From the IMG/VR virus record IMGVR_UViG_3300028840_002190: a DNA stretch of 64,000 nucleotides; one strand, 5' to 3'. The position numbers and the translations under genes were made by a program. The notes beneath the pieces were generated by a model that did not search any database, was not told where the DNA came from, and saw only the letters and a program-made list of their open reading frames with translations. Below, in pieces: positions 61,824-64,000 of this stretch (position 1 is the first letter of the stretch; each line of letters opens with the position of its first letter). The DNA comes from a virus.

Positions 61824-63944
61824 CTACCCCTGACGTACGAATGAGATGTACGACTCCGCACTCCGATACTTGATAGTCCGGTCCGACACACCGAGAAGGT
61901 CGTACCAAGCATTAAGGGCATCCGCGCCATCAATTTCGGTATACCCCTGATCCACTAGTGACTGGGGCACCACGATGTCCGAACTGTTCTCGACAGACAC
62001 TCCGTTAGTGTCTGTAATGAAAATCGAAACGATAGACGACGTAGCAAACCGTACGACCTGCCCGTCAGGAGCGTGAAAATCGTAGTAGATAGTGAACGGA
62101 CTGACGTTCCCGACAACGTCATACGCCTGTCGGAATTGGGTAGCCAGATCGTTCATGTCAAGGTCATCGTTCGGGTCAAAAGAGTTTATGTAGCCCGCTA
62201 GAAGTCGCGAAGCCGCCTCTTCATCCACCGTAGATCCTGACATTGTAGGCTTAATCTTATACGGGATGTTAGCCTCGATCCAAACAGGGTGTCGAGCTCG
62301 AGCTAAGTGGTTGGCCGCCAGTACTCGGTACTCCTCGTTCTCCGTGTACGCATGGATGTTCGGGAACCCCGACAAAGTTCGGTACACAACGCGCAAGTTG
62401 TACCCGTCAAAATACGAAGGGTCAGGCGCCGGGGGACCAAAGCCTACGTTGATCTCAGTCACCATCAACGAGGACTGTGATTTAGTAGGGTTCCGAACGC
62501 TCACTTGATACTGGTTGAGTATGGGCTCAGCCATAGGCCCTACGGGGGTAGCGTTGACGCGGTTGGGAAAAATGATCGTCTGGGAAGTCGGGTCGATAAT
62601 CTGACTCATAAACGCCGGAGGGTCCGTGATCTCCACCCATTCAATGTCCTGCACCGGACGCCCGCTCAAAACGATCTTACCAGGAGATTTGATGTGCCGT
62701 GACGTGCCTACAGGAACGTCCGTGTGCAGCGGATCAGTACTCGCCTGCGCATTTCGAGACGCAATCTTGTCATCAAAAGAAGGTCCGATAGCCCCCGCTG
62801 AATACAGCACCGTGTTCCCCGTCTCATCCGACGCTTCAGTAAAGGGCACCGCAGAACTCACTTCGAGTTCATGGTCCGACACACTCACGATAGTAAACGC
62901 CCTCGGGGAGCCCAGAATGCCATCCAAAATGTAAATGACGTCCCCGCTCTCCAGGTTGATCGTAGGGTCCGTAAAAGGAACCGCTGACCCTGGGGTGCCG
63001 TCTCCATAGGTAAGGAGAGGGTCACGGAAGATGTTGGCAACGCCATCGGGACGCGCAAAGTACCCTCCGACCGTACCCGAATCCTCCACCGTCTCTAGAG
63101 GAAGCTCCAGGTAAGTGTCGTAGTGCCCTCCGGTATGGAGGGTGATGTGGGAAGCAATCTCGGTACGCCGGTCACGTACCATCTCCGGTTCGCCCATTCC
63201 GATAGTCAGTGTCTCCAGGATTTCAGGAAACTGCTGTTGCAGCACTGTGTCGCACGACCGGTTGTTGATGAGATTGCGTACCGTAATAGTAGTCTGAGCG
63301 CGGTCTAACAGCTCCTCGGTAGACTCTACCCCCGCACCACCGCTAGACTGAGTGAGGTGCTCAGCATAAGTGAAGAATTGCATCCCCCCGGGGAAGTCCA
63401 CCCGAATGAAAGTACCGGGATCGATGTTGTACCCTACACCTGTACGGCCAGCCTTGAGAGGGACGTCTACCACGTAATCCACCAGTTCCCCACTAGTGTC
63501 ATACACGGGGTAGAGCATATCGTTGGTCACAACGTAGGGGTCGGCAGTGGCGTCGATATAAAACGCCAATGTAGACGTCCGCCAGAACTTAGTCGACAAA
63601 TCGAGAGTGTAAGTGCGACGCTCCAGAAAATGAAGCCGAGCCGTCAGTCGGGCTAGCTGCCCTCCCTTTCGGGAGATGAACCAGTTAGAGAGGAGCTCGT
63701 CTGCAGCTTGTGAGATATCATCTGCGTCTGTCAATTCCTGGATACGCAAAAGAGACTGCCGCATGCGGCTGAAGTCCACCTCGTACTTCATGTACGCGAA
63801 GATGTAAGTAAACGCATTCACCGCGAAATCACGCATCGCACTTCCGCGCTCGAAAGAAGCGTCAGGCACCTTCTCAGAGAGGTACTCCACCAGGAACGCT
63901 TCTGCCGCGTCCAAGTCATCCTGTGTGATGATGATCTCAGCCAT
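61824..63944 (-). CDS. Baseplate J-like protein (contractile tail)
   Basis: GSAMRDF...NWFISRKGGQLA...A.RTGVGYNIDPG...GGAGVESTEELLDRA, typical of baseplate J/gp6-like proteins. Confidence 0.75.
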   Translation of the reverse strand: MAEIIITQDDLDAAEAFLVEYLSEKVPDASFERGSAMRDFAVNAFTYIFAYMKYEVDFSRMRQSLLRIQELTDADDISQAADELLSNWFISRKGGQLARLTARLHFLERRTYTLDLSTKFWRTSTLAFYIDATADPYVVTNDMLYPVYDTSGELVDYVVDVPLKAGRTGVGYNIDPGTFIRVDFPGGMQFFTYAEHLTQSSGGAGVESTEELLDRAQTTITVRNLINNRSCDTVLQQQFPEILETLTIGMGEPEMVRDRRTEIASHITLHTGGHYDTYLELPLETVEDSGTVGGYFARPDGVANIFRDPLLTYGDGTPGSAVPFTDPTINLESGDVIYILDGILGSPRAFTIVSVSDHELEVSSAVPFTEASDETGNTVLYSAGAIGPSFDDKIASRNAQASTDPLHTDVPVGTSRHIKSPGKIVLSGRPVQDIEWVEITDPPAFMSQIIDPTSQTIIFPNRVNATPVGPMAEPILNQYQVSVRNPTKSQSSLMVTEINVGFGPPAPDPSYFDGYNLRVVYRTLSGFPNIHAYTENEEYRVLAANHLARARHPVWIEANIPYKIKPTMSGSTVDEEAASRLLAGYINSFDPNDDLDMNDLATQFRQAYDVVGNVSPFTIYYDFHAPDGQVVRFATSSIVSIFITDTNGVSVENSSDIVVPQSLVDQGYTEIDGADALNAWYDLLGVSDRTIKYRSAESYISFVRQG

Positions 63945-64000
63945 TTAACGCCTACCTATCTGCGAGCTCGATGAGCTTCACGGGCAGCACTTCACCTGCT

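Noticed and set aside
1-64000. Stop-codon reassignment, inteins, introns, tRNAs, host-prophage junction
   Set aside because: Genes are full-length in the standard code with TAG/TGA/TAA all used as stops. Pol, TerL, RNR and RNAP show no intein-sized insertions or splice motifs. No tRNA cloverleaf or bacterial housekeeping block was noticed (no tRNAscan run).

Overview
All 64 kb read as part of a large tailed dsDNA phage genome (contractile-tail type, standard genetic code); no host-prophage boundary is visible. Minus strand: head genes (major capsid protein, prohead protease, many internal head proteins), portal, large terminase, baseplate/tail-fibre genes and a multi-subunit RNA polymerase operon (beta fused to the N-terminal half of beta', a LigD-like Pol+phosphoesterase gene, then the C-terminal half of beta'). 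Plus strand: SNF2 helicase, two RecB/Cas4-like nucleases, endolysin, ParB, primase-helicase, UDG-like/family A DNA polymerase, MoxR AAA+ and peptidase-VWA, RuvC, class II RNR; a sigma70-type factor lies on the minus strand. The most striking feature is the ~600-bp non-coding gap between polA and terL (38786-39392). It holds four AGCAGTACC direct repeats separating five unrelated long hairpins, preceded by one complementary anti-repeat (GGTACTG|G) and two small stem-loops. This resembles a retron msr serving an array of different msd cassettes. A retron-like reverse transcriptase (46730-47899) with no adjacent room for an ncRNA lies ~7.3 kb away between two unknown Cys-rich genes. Linking array and RT is inference. 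Second theme: a K-x-A motif and a shared 15-residue helix mark putative virion-packaged proteins; the LigD-like enzyme has both and the RNAP has one K-x-A site. All family calls come from motif recognition by eye; no database searches were run.
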